The notes under the pieces were generated by a model. The model had not been told where the DNA came from and ran no database searches. It was given only the letters and a program-made list of their open reading frames with translations. A program made the translations under genes and the position numbers. DNA of 64,000 nt from Squalus acanthias (lineage: Eukaryota), in assembly GCA_030390025.1 (NCBI GenBank), contig CM059427.1:19096001-19160000 (forward strand), written 5' to 3'. Below are positions 13,401-26,426 of the stretch, one piece after another; the first letter of the stretch is position 1, and the number at the start of each line of letters is the position of its first letter.

Positions 13401-13848
13401 CATTTGAAGGTGGTCCTGTATATACATGAAATGGCACTAGTGTCTCTGAAGGAACCAACACCATCCTCAAATTGGATATACAAAAGGCTCTGAAGGCAAT
13501 GGCAGCTCAGAGAATTGTGTACATAGCTGCCTGCAATATCTTTGGATCCACATACAGTCTGAGCTCTCAGCTAACCTATTCAGACTAACATTTGTTTGTA
13601 TTGGTCTGCTTGAACCATCTGTGGCTCAAGGAAAAATATATGGCCAGGGACTTAATTCAAATGATACTTTTGAACAACTGCATGCTCGGCGCTCAGGATG
13701 CTCGGTTTTTGTTACCATTGGTGTTTCGGATCTTCCCAATACAAATGCAGTGAAATCAAAACAGCAGTTGCCTCACAACATTGCAGAATCGCCTCCATTG
13801 GATGTAACATAGCAAAGAATGTCTATATAGTTCAAACTGATTCTAAAC

Positions 13849-15035
13849 CAGGGGTATCAAACGTAGAGTACACGGAACAGTTTCATGCAGCCCACTGTGT
13901 GCTTTGCTTAGGTTTGCCGAATTTCCCGGGCACTGCTTCTAATAGCCCATGGGAACAGCACCTTTTTAAATTTCGCACCACTGCAGCACCTGCCCCCTGC
14001 CACTACAGAGAACTGCCCCCCCCCCCCCCCCCCCCACACTCAGCGGTGAACGGAGCTGGCTGGTACACGAGAGAGAAACTGAGTGGGGAGAGGTGCAGGG
14101 CTCGGCTGGGCTGGACTGGACGAGGGTGACCAGAGACTCGGGGGGGCGGGAGAGGGGTGATGGAAGATTGGGACTTCGGGCAGGGGGAGAGGTGACCACA
14201 ATGGGGGTCGAGGAGAGGGTGATGGGGGAGAAAGGGAGACTGGCGAATAGGGGTTGGGAAATGGGGACTCGGGACGGTCAGGGTGGGGAGAGAGACGAGG
14301 GAATGGGAGTCGGGAGATTGTAGCTCGGGCGGGAAGAAAGGGAAACGGGATGGGGGTATTGGGGCTTGGGCGAGGGTGGGGAGCGAGCAATGGGGTAGGC
14401 TGGATGTGGGGCCCAGCGTTCCCTGCAGAGTTGGGAGCAGCAGGAACTTGAGTGGGAGCGGTACCGAGAGAGGAGCAGTCAGTAAAGGGATGAGTGAAAC
14501 CTAGGGACCTCACTGTGGGTAAATAGTGAGAGATTGTTTTCACTGGTAGGTAAATGGGGAACAAGGGTACGGAGACCGAGCCGCATGCCCTGATTCTATA
14601 TTGCAAGCTCCAATACATGGTGAGATGCAGAGGGGCTAGCAGTGGCCCACAGTAGAGCTGTGGAGCTTGGAGGAACATTCCTGCTCCTCTACACTCCACA
14701 AAAGGGGATGTAAAAAAAACTTTTCTGACTATTTCTCCAGCGACCTCCAGCATGGTGCATACTCCTCCTGGGTTTACATGTATTTTGCAGAAGGGTCCTG
14801 AAACCGGCATAGGACCCTTCTTTACATACATAGATTGATCCACCGCTGATTTCAGACAGATGCCTGAAAACCGTGAGGACCAGTAGCGCGCCCAGAAATT
14901 GGGATATGTTGTGCCCATTTTACACCCAAAAAACGAGTGAAACACGTAGTAATTTCTACCCCAGTGTCCGCAAATAATTTTTGCTGAAAGAGGCATTTGA
15001 CAAGTGCCAGGATGTAAATTGAGTTTAACACCCTG
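13849..15035. mobile_element. Non-autonomous hAT (Charlie/Buster-like) DNA transposon
   Basis: Ends CAGGGGTATCAAAC...GTTTAACACCCTG with a perfect 8-bp TSD TTCTAAAC (13841-13848, 15036-15043) resembling the NTCTAGAN hAT target. No transposase; G-rich interior. Confidence 0.85.
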
Positions 15036-17689
15036 TTCTAAACTATCTAGAAATGAGAATTATTTCCTTTTAATAAATAGAAAATTAATGTGCATTGAGA
15101 GGGCAACGAATTTTAATTTATCAATCTTTTCATCTTCAAAATAGTAACATTGCATTTTTCAATGTTGCTAGAAGTTGAAGTTGGAAAATGCAGGCAGCAT
15201 TATCTAATTCTTTGGGCAAGCTGGGCAATTGCATGATCCTGCAAACTTGATAAATTGTGATTTTGGTCATTACTCTGCTGGGATTTATTTGTCTCTAAGT
15301 AAAACTGAAACTTTACATGCCTAAATTCATTATATATTTGTATGTATGGTGATGTTTTATGTAGTTAGGTGCTGCAGTGGTTTTAGAAAGCCCAGATCTT
15401 TTAGGGTTTCATTTGTTTTTGTTTCCTGAGAATGCTGTAATGAGGAATGGTTGGTTTACGACGAATTTAAAAAGGATGATCTCCTAGATTCCGTCAGTCA
15501 GACCATAATGGTCTGCTTAAGTAACTTTGAGAAGCATGTATGTATTAATTTTGTATTAAAATGTGATTGTTTTGCAGTGATTATGATAGTCTGTCTGTGC
15601 ATTTAAGAATTGTAGGCATGGATAATGCAGGTTACATAGAAACTGATGACCTACTTAGTATGTAATAATTATGTATGTATCCAAGCATTCAGAATTGTAT
15701 AGTTACCATTAAGAAATGTTGCTGAATTAATCATGTTAATTTGTAGGTTTTTTTAATTAAAGGAGCTGTAGGCTTTAATTTGTGCCTTACTATCCTTTTT
15801 AAACTGAAGGCTTTGTAGGGATTCATGTCTTCAGCTTTGTCCAATAGCAGGATCTGTTTTTCAGGAACTTAATAAATCATTGTTTAAAGTATGGGTTACT
15901 GTCAAGTTATACTAAATGTCTAAGATATTGCATAAAAATGGTTTATCCACACAACGCCTAATATGTTTTAATTATTGCATGGTGTCCCTTTTAAGATTGA
16001 TTTATGGTTGCTCCTTGGTTTATCTTTTTTTAAGTGAAAATAGGGCAATGTGGTTTGATTCTCTGCTCGTCTTACTTCATTGAGTTCCTGATCTCAACCA
16101 CACTGTGCACAGAAAGCACCAAGTGGAGCCAGCCTTGGATGTGTGTTTAAACAAAGCTGCTTTATGTGCTTCCTAAAAGCTGTTGATAAACAGCATTAGC
16201 AGCAATCCAAGAATATACCACCACCCCTGTACCTACAGGAAGTGCATAGTATGGTAGAGGACCTGACGGGGGCAGGATCAAGAGGAAAGTAGAACACGTA
16301 GCCCTCCAAAAAAAAAATGTATCAGTTAAGATATTTCCAGCTTCCTTGGCATGTTTTAGTATTGTAACACATTGAAAATGAGCTCAACATTACAGATGTA
16401 AACTGTTAATTGGCTATCGAATACAGTACATCCAATTGATTGTTGTTACTAAAATGACACTTCAGAACATTGAGTTGCAGGCTATTAGACATAAGATCAG
16501 CACCAAGTCGCACATGTGATGTGGCAGTCATTTATTATTAAAGATTTGCAATGTGTTGTAATGCTGACCTGACACACACTTAATTTATACAGTTTGTGAT
16601 ACACGAGAATAAGCATATATAAAAGCATACAGCTCCTTTACATCAACAAATTATAAATGAGCATTGTGAGCCTTTCCCTGGTATTTGCCATTTCCTAATG
16701 TTAAAACTTTAACAATGTTATTTGCTTTGTCAAAAGTTAGTATTTAGTATTTTTTGTGAGATGAACAGGATAATATGCCTGACCAAGATAGAGGTGGCAT
16801 AAATAATCAACACTGAGACATCAAAGGCTGAACAGGTTGGTTTGCTCTCCTGCTTTACTCTGTTCTTGTTGGTAACCTGAAATTAAGATGTAGGCTGAGA
16901 TATATTTGTTATAACCTCTACAGGTGCAGTTTTTTGCATGTGTGGATGACTCTCCATTTATTGATGCTGTGTTTAAATTTCTGGAAATGCTTTTATATAA
17001 ATGCAAAAGATGGATTTGGTGTCGAGTGTCAAGAATTTGGAAGCGAACGTAGGGCTGATGGTGTGATGTTCAGCATCTATAGAGCTGCCTCTCACAGTTA
17101 CTGGCATCCTGCATTATTGGATGTCGGGTCCTTCTTGTTGCACAGTATTGCAGTGGGGTAGCAACTGCAGTGAGGAGAACCTCTACACGTGTGCTGGGCT
17201 TGTTGATGCCCCCAAAAATGTTAAGCTAATGAGCCATAATGTAGTTGAAGCACCTGAACAGAAATCCAGACTACTTGGAAAAAGCAAGGGATGTTCCGTT
17301 CAATATGCTGGGTCCTTTCTCTGAAAGTGGATTCATTTTAATGGACCCGTCGTAAGTAGCTGTTTTGGGTACTAGTTTGGTGTTTAACTACTTCGCCAAA
17401 AATCAGTTTACTGTCAGCTAGACCCAATTTGCTACATGTGATAAATTTCCTTAAGATATTTCATTGAATGGTGCCTTTGTATGACCTATGGTTATCTCTC
17501 TGGACATCCTTTTGTATTTATAGCTTGTGGAAGAGGGGGATCGGAGGCGGCATGCCAAACAGGTGAATTTGCACCATAGGCGGCGATTAGTTTGCCTTTA
17601 CGTTGGCACCAGTGTTTGCAGGGCCAGACAAACTGAGCTGGACAGATCCAAAGAAAGCTCATAGAGAGAAAATCCTCCAAAGAGGTCAT

Positions 17690-18305
17690 CAGAACTGCAA
17701 ATTCCTGCAGTCAGACCTCACAATCACTTCCAGGACATGGGTACCTCTGTTACTGGCTATCGAGGTAACTGTATTGATCATTTACATTACTGGGCCCTTC
17801 CAAGCATCAGCAGTAGATATCTGTGCAATTTTCTAACCTGGAGTGCACAGTTGCATTATCACATTGCAAATACCTTGTTTGCCTGGGCTACTCAATTCAA
17901 CTTTTACCTCATGGAAAACACAAGAGGACCCTACAATTTTACCACCTGGCTGGGTTCCCTAAAGTGCAGGGTAGGGAATAATTGATGGCATGAAAGTGGC
18001 CATAGCCCTTGGCTCCAATGCCATCCTCTTCATGACCATAAAGGGCTTCCACTCCAAGAATGTGCACTTAATCTGTGATCATCGGTTCAGAATAAGGCAC
18101 ATGAATGCCTGCTAGCCTGGCAGTTCCCACGATTCATTCATTTTGTCAATCTGCAGTGCCACCATTATTTTCAAGGCCAGGAAGACTGGATCCAGAATGA
18201 AGGATATTCATGACCATTTACCCCCTTGAGAACTGAAGACCAATATAATGCGACGCATGCTGTATTGGTGGAGCAGATCTTCTGCACCCTGAAGCAAGGT
18301 TCAGG
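17690..18305 (+). pseudogene. Decayed Harbinger DDE transposase (HARBI1-like)
   Basis: Manual translation across stops and frameshifts: YITGPFQASAVDICAIF, LAGFPKVQG/IIDGMKVAI, FMTIKGFHSKNVHLICDHRFRIRHMNAC*PGSSHDSFIL, YNATHAVLVEQIFCTLKQ. These motifs are colinear with Harbinger transposases. Confidence 0.8.
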
Positions 18306-19004
18306 ACACAACTTCATCCTGTAAAGGTTCCTTGTCAAGGTGCAGGCCGGAGATTACAGACTGCAGCAAATAGAAGACAACCTTGATCAGGAGATTGAAA
18401 GCTTATCTGCAGACATGAATGAATTGTAAGGCAGGCTGTAATCAAGGACACATTTAATTACCTGAAATATCCAGTACACAGCAGTCATCTACACATGCCC
18501 CAAATCCTTGCCAACTAACACACTATTTCATTTGGGCATAGTTGTATGTCAAAACCCATGAAAACATCATTTTTTCAACACCCTTAATCAGCATTATAAC
18601 AGAAGAACTGAAGACATTTTCCAATATCAGTGAGCCCAACTTTTATTTACTCTTGCAGTTTATGGTGCAGGTGTGTTCACTGTGCTGTGCTCCAGTGCTT
18701 TCCCCTCAGTGAAATGTTCTTGCGGTGCTGGATGAAGTGAGTTGGATAGCTGCAGGATGTCCGTATCTGCCTGAAGTAATGGAAGTGGCCCAGTATCCCA
18801 ATGTACTGGCTCAATAGATAGCCCTGCAGCTACAGGCACCACAGGTATTGATGTAGTGCCTGCCAGGGTTGTATGCTTAGGGTCACATTTGTAGTCATTT
18901 GAACGAGGCAACAAGGTGATGTGAATCTAACTTCACCCTCCGAAACATCTGTGCCATCTTCCATCATTCCTCTACTACTGGGCACTCTTATCAGCATAAA
19001 AGAA

Positions 19005-19436
19005 AGACTTGTATTTATATAGTGCCTTTCACGACCTCAAGAAGTGCCAAATAGTTTTACAGCCAATTAAGTGCTTTTGAAGTGTAGTCACTGTTGTAAT
19101 GTAGGAAACGTAGCAGCCAATTTGTACACAGCGAGGTCCCACAAACAGCCATGTAATAATGACCAGATAATCTGTTTTAGTGATGTTGGTTGAGTGATAA
19201 ATGTTGGCCAGGACACACGGGAGACCTCCCTGATCTTCTAAGAGTGCCATGGGATCTTTAATGTCCATCTGAGATGTTCACGCCTCGTCCAAAAGATGGC
19301 ACTTCCAACAATGTAGCACTCCCTCAGTAATGCACTGAAGTGTTAGCCTAGATTGTGTTCAAGTCTCTGGTGTGGGTCTTGAATCCACCATTTCTGGCTC
19401 AGGCAAGATTGCAACCATTGAGCCATGGCTGACGCA
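19005..19436 (-). mobile_element. Deu-domain SINE (SacSINE1-like): tRNA head, Deu core, L2-type tail
   Basis: Minus strand has a tRNA-like head (GGTGGATTCAAGACCC), the Deu core AAAGATCCCATGGCACT...GTGTCCTGGCCAACATTTATC, and an L2 tail CACTATATAAATACAAGT. Confidence 0.75.
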
Positions 19437-20214
19437 TAGCTAAAGATCTATCTGGGACAAGATTGTTGGGTGTATATGAGTTTGTTGATGAGCTTTATCT
19501 AATGCGTTTCCCAACATGTTGAATGCACAGAAGACAAGATTGGAGCCTAAGATCTGTAGAGCCCCAATCATTGCATTTGTTGAGGAAACTTGGACTGACT
19601 TTAGCACCTTGGCCAATAGACTCTGCTGCAGAGAACTTTGGAGTGTCTCATGGTGATCTGTACATAATTTAGACTGTCGAGAGCTTCAGGTTACAGGTTT
19701 GGTACTCTGTCAACTCCACCCCCGTCCCCCCAAAATTGCTGCTTGGCGCACTCTCAAATGAGTGCACAAAATGCTCATGTTAAGCTACCAAACTGCATTT
19801 GTAAACAAACCTGTGAAACCTGAATCCCTGGGCTCCGTAACTGGACGAGTCCTCAGGCGAGCAGGTTGTGGCTCCCCTATTTCACCTGCCCTTGCTCCTC
19901 CTCATTCGTAGGGCTCACCACCTGAAACTCACCAACTGTGGCCCCAGACCAGATAAGTTGGGACTGGTGCTTGTCACTGTAGGAGGCTGTGACACTTGGT
20001 GTTGTCAGATGTTTGGGCCAGGGTGCACATTTCCCATTAGGGTCATCTTGTTGAGGGAACCTATGTTGTTCTCCTGATGTCTTACTGGCAGCATTGTCAT
20101 ATGTTAATACATAAAACACTGCTTATGTGGCAATAAATTGTGTTACGATGCCCCAGTATACATGTTGCATCAATCACATAATGAGTAGGGAGATGAAGAA
20201 TTAAAGAAAAATTG

Positions 20215-21500
20215 CTTTAGCCCTGCGTTGTAGGAAGGCCTCTGACTTCCCCTTTCCATTCCCCTCCCATTCTTTCGACTGCCTCCAGGCCCACAATCTG
20301 CAGCCTCGTCAGCGGTGAAGTCTTATGCTTGCTGTGCCCTCTATGTAATTGCTGGTGCCTGTTGTGTCCGTTCTCTGCAAGTAATAGAAAAGCAACATAT
20401 GTTGGAAGGAGAAAGATTAAAGATGTCACCCAACTGTGCTGCTAAATGATAACAGTGTGATTTGCTGAACATGCAGTATGCAACTAGCTTGTGTTGACAG
20501 TATTTGTTGTTTGTACCTTGCCATACTTCAACAACAACAACTTGTATTTATATAGTGCCTTTAACATAGTAAAACGTCCCAAGGCGCTTCACAGGAGTTT
20601 TACAAAACAAAATTTGGCACTGAACTACATAAGGAGAAATTAGGGCAGATGACCAAAAGCTTGGTCAAAGAGGGAGGCTTTAAGGAGCGTTTTAAAGGAC
20701 GAAAGAGAGGTAGAGAAGCTTAGGAAGGGAATTCCAGAGCTTGGGGCAGAGGCAGCTGAAGGCACGGCCACCACTGGTTGAACGATTAAAATCAGGGATG
20801 CTCAGGAGACCAGAATTAGAGGAGAGCAGATATCGCGAGGGGAGGTTGGTTATGGGGCTGGAGGAGATTAGAGATGGGGAAGGTCAAGGGATTTGAAAAC
20901 AAGGATGAGAACTTTAAAATCGGCGTTGCTTAACTGGGAGCCAATGTAGGTCAGCGAGCACAGGGGTGATGGGTGAACGGGACTTGGTGCAAGTTAGGAC
21001 ACGGGCAGCAGAGTTTTGGATGACCTCAAGTTTATGTAGGGTAGAATGTGGGAGGCCAGCCAGGAGTGCGTTGGGATAGTCAAGTCTAGAGGTAACAAAG
21101 GCATGGATGAGGGTTTCAGCAGCGGATGAGCTGAGGCAGGGGCGGAGACGGTCGATGTTACAGAGGTGGAAACACATTGACATGGCAACAATACAGTATA
21201 CAGCAAAAACATAGGCATGATTGTGCATTTGGGGAGTAGGTGAATGAGTGTGAGTCATTCTGTCTCTTGCGATCCTGTACCAAGAAGGCATTGAAATTCT
21301 GTGAGCATACCGTGTAAACTTGTGCACACGCTGCCACATTCTGTGGGCAGGTAAAGCGGCATTGACCGTTTCTGCCACCTCCATCTGAGTTCCTCTTCAC
21401 AGCATGGTAACTCTTGCTACCAAAAAAAAACCACCCTTCTAGCCAGCACCTCCTGAAGCATAACTTCCAGAGCTGCAATTTGAAATGATGCTCTCTAAGC
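20215..21500 (-). pseudogene. Decayed Harbinger Myb/SANT-like DNA-binding gene, convergent with the transposase and interrupted by an L2
   Basis: 21500-21300(-) gives AALEVMLQEVLARRVVF/GSKSYHAVKRNS/MEVAETVNAALPAHRMWQ..KF, a MSANTD/NAIF1-like pattern. A possible next exon follows ttgcag at about 20378 (NGHNRHQQ). Confidence 0.55.
20529..21173 (-). mobile_element. L2 LINE 3' fragment
   Basis: AAETLIHAFVTSRLDYPNALLAGLP...IQNSAARVLT...ITPVLADLHWLPV; tail CACTATATAAATACAAGTTGTTGTTG. Confidence 0.9.
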
Positions 21501-22003
21501 TTGGCTTTGCTGCAGGCATTTCTTCTCAGTTCAGTCTTTGAAGAGCTGCTGGTGCCAGGTAACCCACCCCTTGTCCCCTTTGCACTCCCAGAATATCTTG
21601 TGCTGAGAGCACCACAATAATATATAAATGAAGTGGCTTTCCATCATGCTGCAAGGACAGTGCCATGCACTGTGTGTTACGCCAAACGGCAACCCTTCCA
21701 GCACCACTGGATTTGGACGGTACTTATACATGGGTTTGGAAAGCAGCTGATGCTCATCATTCAGCTGGTGTTGATTTTTAATCTTGTGCATTTTACTGCA
21801 TCAGTTCGAGTTCATGTTATGCTGCACTTTTAATGACGTTATACCTATTGAATGACCTGGAGTATCTGGGGTGGCTTAATTTTAAGGCAAGGGAGAGGGG
21901 TGGGGAGGGCGGGGAGAAGCATTCCATTCACTTCACTTGCTATGGCATTAATTCCTGGTTTGATTACAGATTGCATTTTTTATGATTTCTTCTTAAAAAT
22001 AAT

Positions 22004-22680
22004 GGCCCGGGTTTTACGGGGCCTGTGACGCCATCGTAAGTGTCCTGCAAGTTCCGGGTTTCCGCGTGCAATGCGCATGCATGAAAACCCGGAACTTGCG
22101 AGCTGTCAAGGTTCGCCTTGAGAGATCATACGCATCCGCTGCAAAATCACTTTCGCTGACGCAGGGTTGGGCCCAGCGAATACCCATGAAACTCTTGTGC
22201 CTGGTAAAAGCATAAGGATATAAAAAGAGGTTAAAATAAAGTTTTTTAAATGATTTAAGCATTCACTTGCATTTAAAATTAGTTTCGGTCAATTTTGTCC
22301 CAATTAAAAATGTTTAAATCTATTTTTAAAATGTAATTTTTTATTTAAAATGTTTAATTAAATGGTATTTTAATTAATTTTGAACCTGTGATTTATTTTT
22401 ATTTTAGTGTTGTGAAATTGTATTTTTTAGCGGATTTCTATTATGCTTATGGGCATTCCGCATGTAAATGGAATCCCCATAAGCATAATCGGAATCTCCC
22501 TTTTCATTGGTTGGCCTGGCCCACGTAATCCCAGGGATGCTTGCGAATGGGTCTTTACACAGGCGTACGCCTGCAGGCCCAGGACCGCAAGAGTCCGAAG
22601 CTCCGGAGACGGCAGGTAAGTATGTACTTTTCTTGTGGTTCGGACCCAGGCGGCAAGTCTCTGACCGTAATTTCTAGGTC
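22004..22680 (+). mobile_element. MITE (Harbinger-like), same family as 26427-27015
   Basis: Imperfect TIR GGCCCGGGTTTTACGG / CCGTAATTTCTAGGTC with AAT/ATT flanks. Internal inverted repeats at 22047-22099 and 22441-22488. Colinear with the reverse complement of 26427-27015. Confidence 0.7.
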
Positions 22681-22986
22681 ATTGTATTCATTTTGCCTGT
22701 CTTCAATCAATGCAGTGTACTGTTACCATAACCATTTCAGCATTTTCTACACTGAAAATAATAGAGCAGACAATCAATGTTTTTGTGGGTCATCGTATGT
22801 TGCTTGTATTTTATGTTGTGATTTGAGTAAAACCCTATTGAACTGACTTAATTTTTATGTAAATTCTATGTTGCACTTAAACAGACAAGTCCAACTAGAA
22901 TACCCTACCCATTTAACTAATAGGTACCGCATCCATCTTAGATCATAGTATTCTATTCAATATGCAAGATGAAAGTATATTGTCCC

Positions 22987-23516
22987 TTCAGCAGCCAGGG
23001 ACATTCAGCCTCGGATCTGCGGGTAAGCGTCCTCCAAGGCGGCCTTCGGGATACACGACAGCGCAAAATCATAGAGCAGAAACTGATAGCCAAGTTCCGC
23101 ATTCATGAGGATGGCCTCAATCGCGATATCGGGTTCCTGTCACGATACAGAACGTGACTTGACATCATGGCCGGTCTTCCCAGGTGTTTTTTTTTAAAAA
23201 GACTAACACAAGAAACCAACACAAATTGACAGGATATGCAGCCAGCAGGTGGTTTGACACGTTGGACCCCCTGGGACACATCTCATTGTCTTGGCTGTGC
23301 TCTTAGTGTGTCTTTGATGTAGGGAAATATTTGAATAGATTTTGTCTGTGTTTAAATTGTGAATTCTGGGAGATTCTCTCACTGCTAACTTACCTGAGGA
23401 AGGAGCGACAGCTCCGAAAGCTTGTAAAATTAAATAAATCTGTTGGACTATAACCTGGTGTTGTGCGACTTCTCATTTTTGTCCACCCCAGTCCAACGCC
23501 GGCATCTCCACATCAT
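22987..23516 (+). mobile_element. Penelope-like element, family B: 5'-truncated copy (GIY-YIG end, pLTR, tail)
   Basis: FSSQGHSASDLRVSVLQGGLRDTRQRKIIEQKLIAKFRIHEDGLNRDIGF; near-identical to 52767-53281. Confidence 0.9.
23390..23427 (+). ncRNA. Minimal type I hammerhead ribozyme (PLE family B)
   Basis: TTAC-CTGAGGA-A-GGAGC-gaca-GCTCC-GAAA-GCTT-GTAA; palindromic AAGCUU in place of stem III. Confidence 0.85.
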
Positions 23517-24019
23517 AAAATTATTTTGTCCTGTTTCTACTTTTTTAATGCGCAGACATACTCTCCAAGAGTCCTGATTTATATTGGTTGAGGTAATTAG
23601 GCTGATTTTCATTTACAGAATTAACTGTAGTGTAAATTGAATGGAGATATGGTCTTATTTGGATTGACGTAATTATCTATTTACTAGAACAAATACCTGA
23701 GGGAAATTTTAAACAAGCAATTTCGAGATTGGAATTTTTCAGTTGCAGTTTTAAATAAATATCCTCCTGTTCTGCATTTGTCCGAAATGCACAAGTACCA
23801 TTTCTGGCATCCTCTGATAGCCATTTTGGCTGTTTGCAAATACACCAACCATTTGTATCCGGGCCAATTAAAATCCAAGATGCACTTTTACCTGCAGCAC
23901 ATGGCTTGGCATTCTAGCAGTCTTGGTTTGAAGCCCAACCTGACTCGTGTGAAGTAAATTGAGATTCCTTTGGGGCCCTCACTCCAGATTTATAACCCAA
24001 GTCACTTACATCTACACTT

Positions 24020-26120
24020 TCAAATTTCCAACTGCCGAGCCTTTGGCCGTCCGTTCACCACGAGATTTCTGCAGCTACCGATCTGCTGATTCTCACTATC
24101 AACTCCACCTTTGCCTTTGTCCCCATTAAAACCATTACTCTCTCTCACCCTGGTCATTCCCCCGGTACAACCCTCATTTCCCCCCCCCCCCCCTCCCTTA
24201 AGGCCAAGGGACACAGGCTTGAACGTTTATGGCGGACAACTGGTTTCTTCATTCATCGCCACATCGAGCTGGACCACATGAAGCACTTTCGGGTCCTACT
24301 TTCCTCTGCCAAAACTTCTGTACTCGAGGATCATCCTGCCCTGCCTCCTCCACCCTCCCCTCCAACAAGTGCGAGGAGCTCATAGACTTTTGTCACTAAG
24401 ATTGAGACCATACGTTCAGCTACCTCTGCCACTTCCCTCCTTTCCCCTAGCTCACCAGGCCAGACTTGCCCGAGTCCTGAGTTGCTCTCCTATCTCCTCT
24501 CATGCCTGCTCCAAGCTCCTCTTCTCCAAGAGACCCACCTCCTGCTCCCTCAACACTATTCCCACCAAACTGCTGATATTTCAACGTCCCTTCCTGGCCC
24601 CCAAAATGGCTGATACTGTTAACGGTTCTCTCTACTCGGGTACTGTCCCTCTCCCCTTCAAATCTGCCATCATCACCTCCCTCAAAAAAAAATCATCCTT
24701 GACCCCTCTGTCCTTGCAAACTACGGCCACATCTCCAACCTCCTGTTCCTCTCAAGTCTTTGAATGTGTTGTCACCTCCCAAATCCATGCCCATCTTTCC
24801 TGAAACTCCACGTTTGAATCCCTCCAATCATGTTCCCTCCCCTGCCCCAGTACTGAAACGGCTCTAATAAAAGTCACAAATGACATCCACTGTGATGGTG
24901 GTAAACTATCCCTCCTCCTCTTTCTTGACCTGTCTGCAGCCTTTGACACGGTTGACCACACCATCCTCCTCCAACGCCTCTCCTCCGTTGTCCAGTTGGG
25001 TGGGACTGCACTTGCCTGGTTCCATTCTTATCTATCTCGTCGTAGCCAGAGAATCCCCTGCAATGGCTTCTCTTCTCTTCTCCCTCTTGCACCATTACCT
25101 CTGGTGTCCCCCAAGGATCTATCCTTGGCCCCCTCCTGTTACTCAGCTATATGCTGCCCCTCGGCGACATCATCCAAAAACACAATGTCAGGTTCAACAT
25201 GTATGCTGATGACACGCAGCTCTAGCTCACCATCTCTCTCGACCCCGCCACTGTCTCCAATTTGTCACACTGCTTGTCTGACATCCAGCTCTGGATGAGT
25301 AGAAATCTCCTCCAACTAAATATTGGGAAGACCAAAACCATTGTCTTTGGTCCCCACCACAAACTCCGTTCTCTAGCCATCGACTCCATCCCTCTCACTG
25401 GCAACTATGAGGCTGAACTGGACTGTTCGCAATCTTGGTGTCGTATTTGTTCCTGAGATGAGCTTCCGACCACATGTCCTCTCTATCACCAAGACCGCCT
25501 ACTGCCACCTCCGTAACACTGGCCGACTCCGCCAGTGCCTCAGCTCGTATGCTGCTGAAACACTCAACCACACCTTTGTTACCTCTAGACTTGACTGTTT
25601 CAATGTTCTCCTGGCTACCCTCCCCTCTTCCACCTTACATAAACTTGAGGTCATCCAAAACTCTGCTGCCCGTATCCTAACTCGCACCAAATCACATTCA
25701 CCCATCACCCCTGTGCTCGCTGACCTACATTGGCTCTGGTCCAGCAATGCTTCAATTTTAAAATTCTCAGACTTGTTTTAAAATCCCTCCATGGCCTCGC
25801 CCCTCCCTATCTCTGCAACCTCCTCCAGCCCTACAACCCTCAGAGATCTCTGCATTCTTCCAATTCTGGCCTCTTGCACATCCCCAAATTTAATCGCTCC
25901 ACCATTGGCGGCCGTACCTTCAGTTGCCTAGGCCCTATGCTCTGGAATTCCATCCCTAAACTTCTACACCTTTCTCTTTTTTAAGGTGCTCCTTAAAACC
26001 GACCTCTTTCATCGGTCCTAATATCTCCGTGTCTCGGATCAAATTTGTTTAACGCTCCTGTTAAGTTCCTTGGGACGTTTTACTACGTTAAAGGCTCGAG
26101 AAAATGTGAGTTGTTGTTGC
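24020..26120 (+). mobile_element. L2 LINE, decayed ORF2 and 3' end
   Basis: Fragments PTSCSLNTIPTKLL, DLSAAFDTVDH, LSDIQLWMSRNLLQLNIGKTK, FVTSRLDCFNVLL; tail ends GTTGTTGTTG. Confidence 0.9.
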
Positions 26121-26426
26121 AACATTCCCTTTAAGATGCTGACTGACACACATCCAGCATTTTTTGTTGTTCCAAATTTCCAACATTGGTGTTATTTTTA
26201 CTTCTGTTCACTGACCAGTATAAATAGTGCCCAAGTACAAATTCACTTCCATTTTCTTAGCTTTTGCTACACAATACAGGAGTCATTATATATTAGTATC
26301 ACTGATCTCTTCTCACTACCCTTTCACCCCCCCCCCCCCCCCCCCGCGCTCTCTTCTCTCCCCCCCACCCCACACACGAATAAATGAAAGCTTTGATGTA
26401 CAGAAGTAGCACTTGGAATAACTTAT

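Noticed and set aside
14040-14996. 318-aa Pro-rich ORF on the minus strand
   Set aside because: Arises from C-rich low-complexity sequence inside the hAT element; no domain motifs.
17690-18305. Domesticated HARBI1 host gene
   Set aside because: Multiple stops and frameshifts; paired with a decayed Myb-like gene as in a transposon.
22969-23532. Possible TSD ATGAAAGTATATTGTCC / ATAAAATTATTTTGTCC around the PLE at 22987
   Set aside because: Three mismatches in 17 AT-rich bases is too many for such a young copy; not called.
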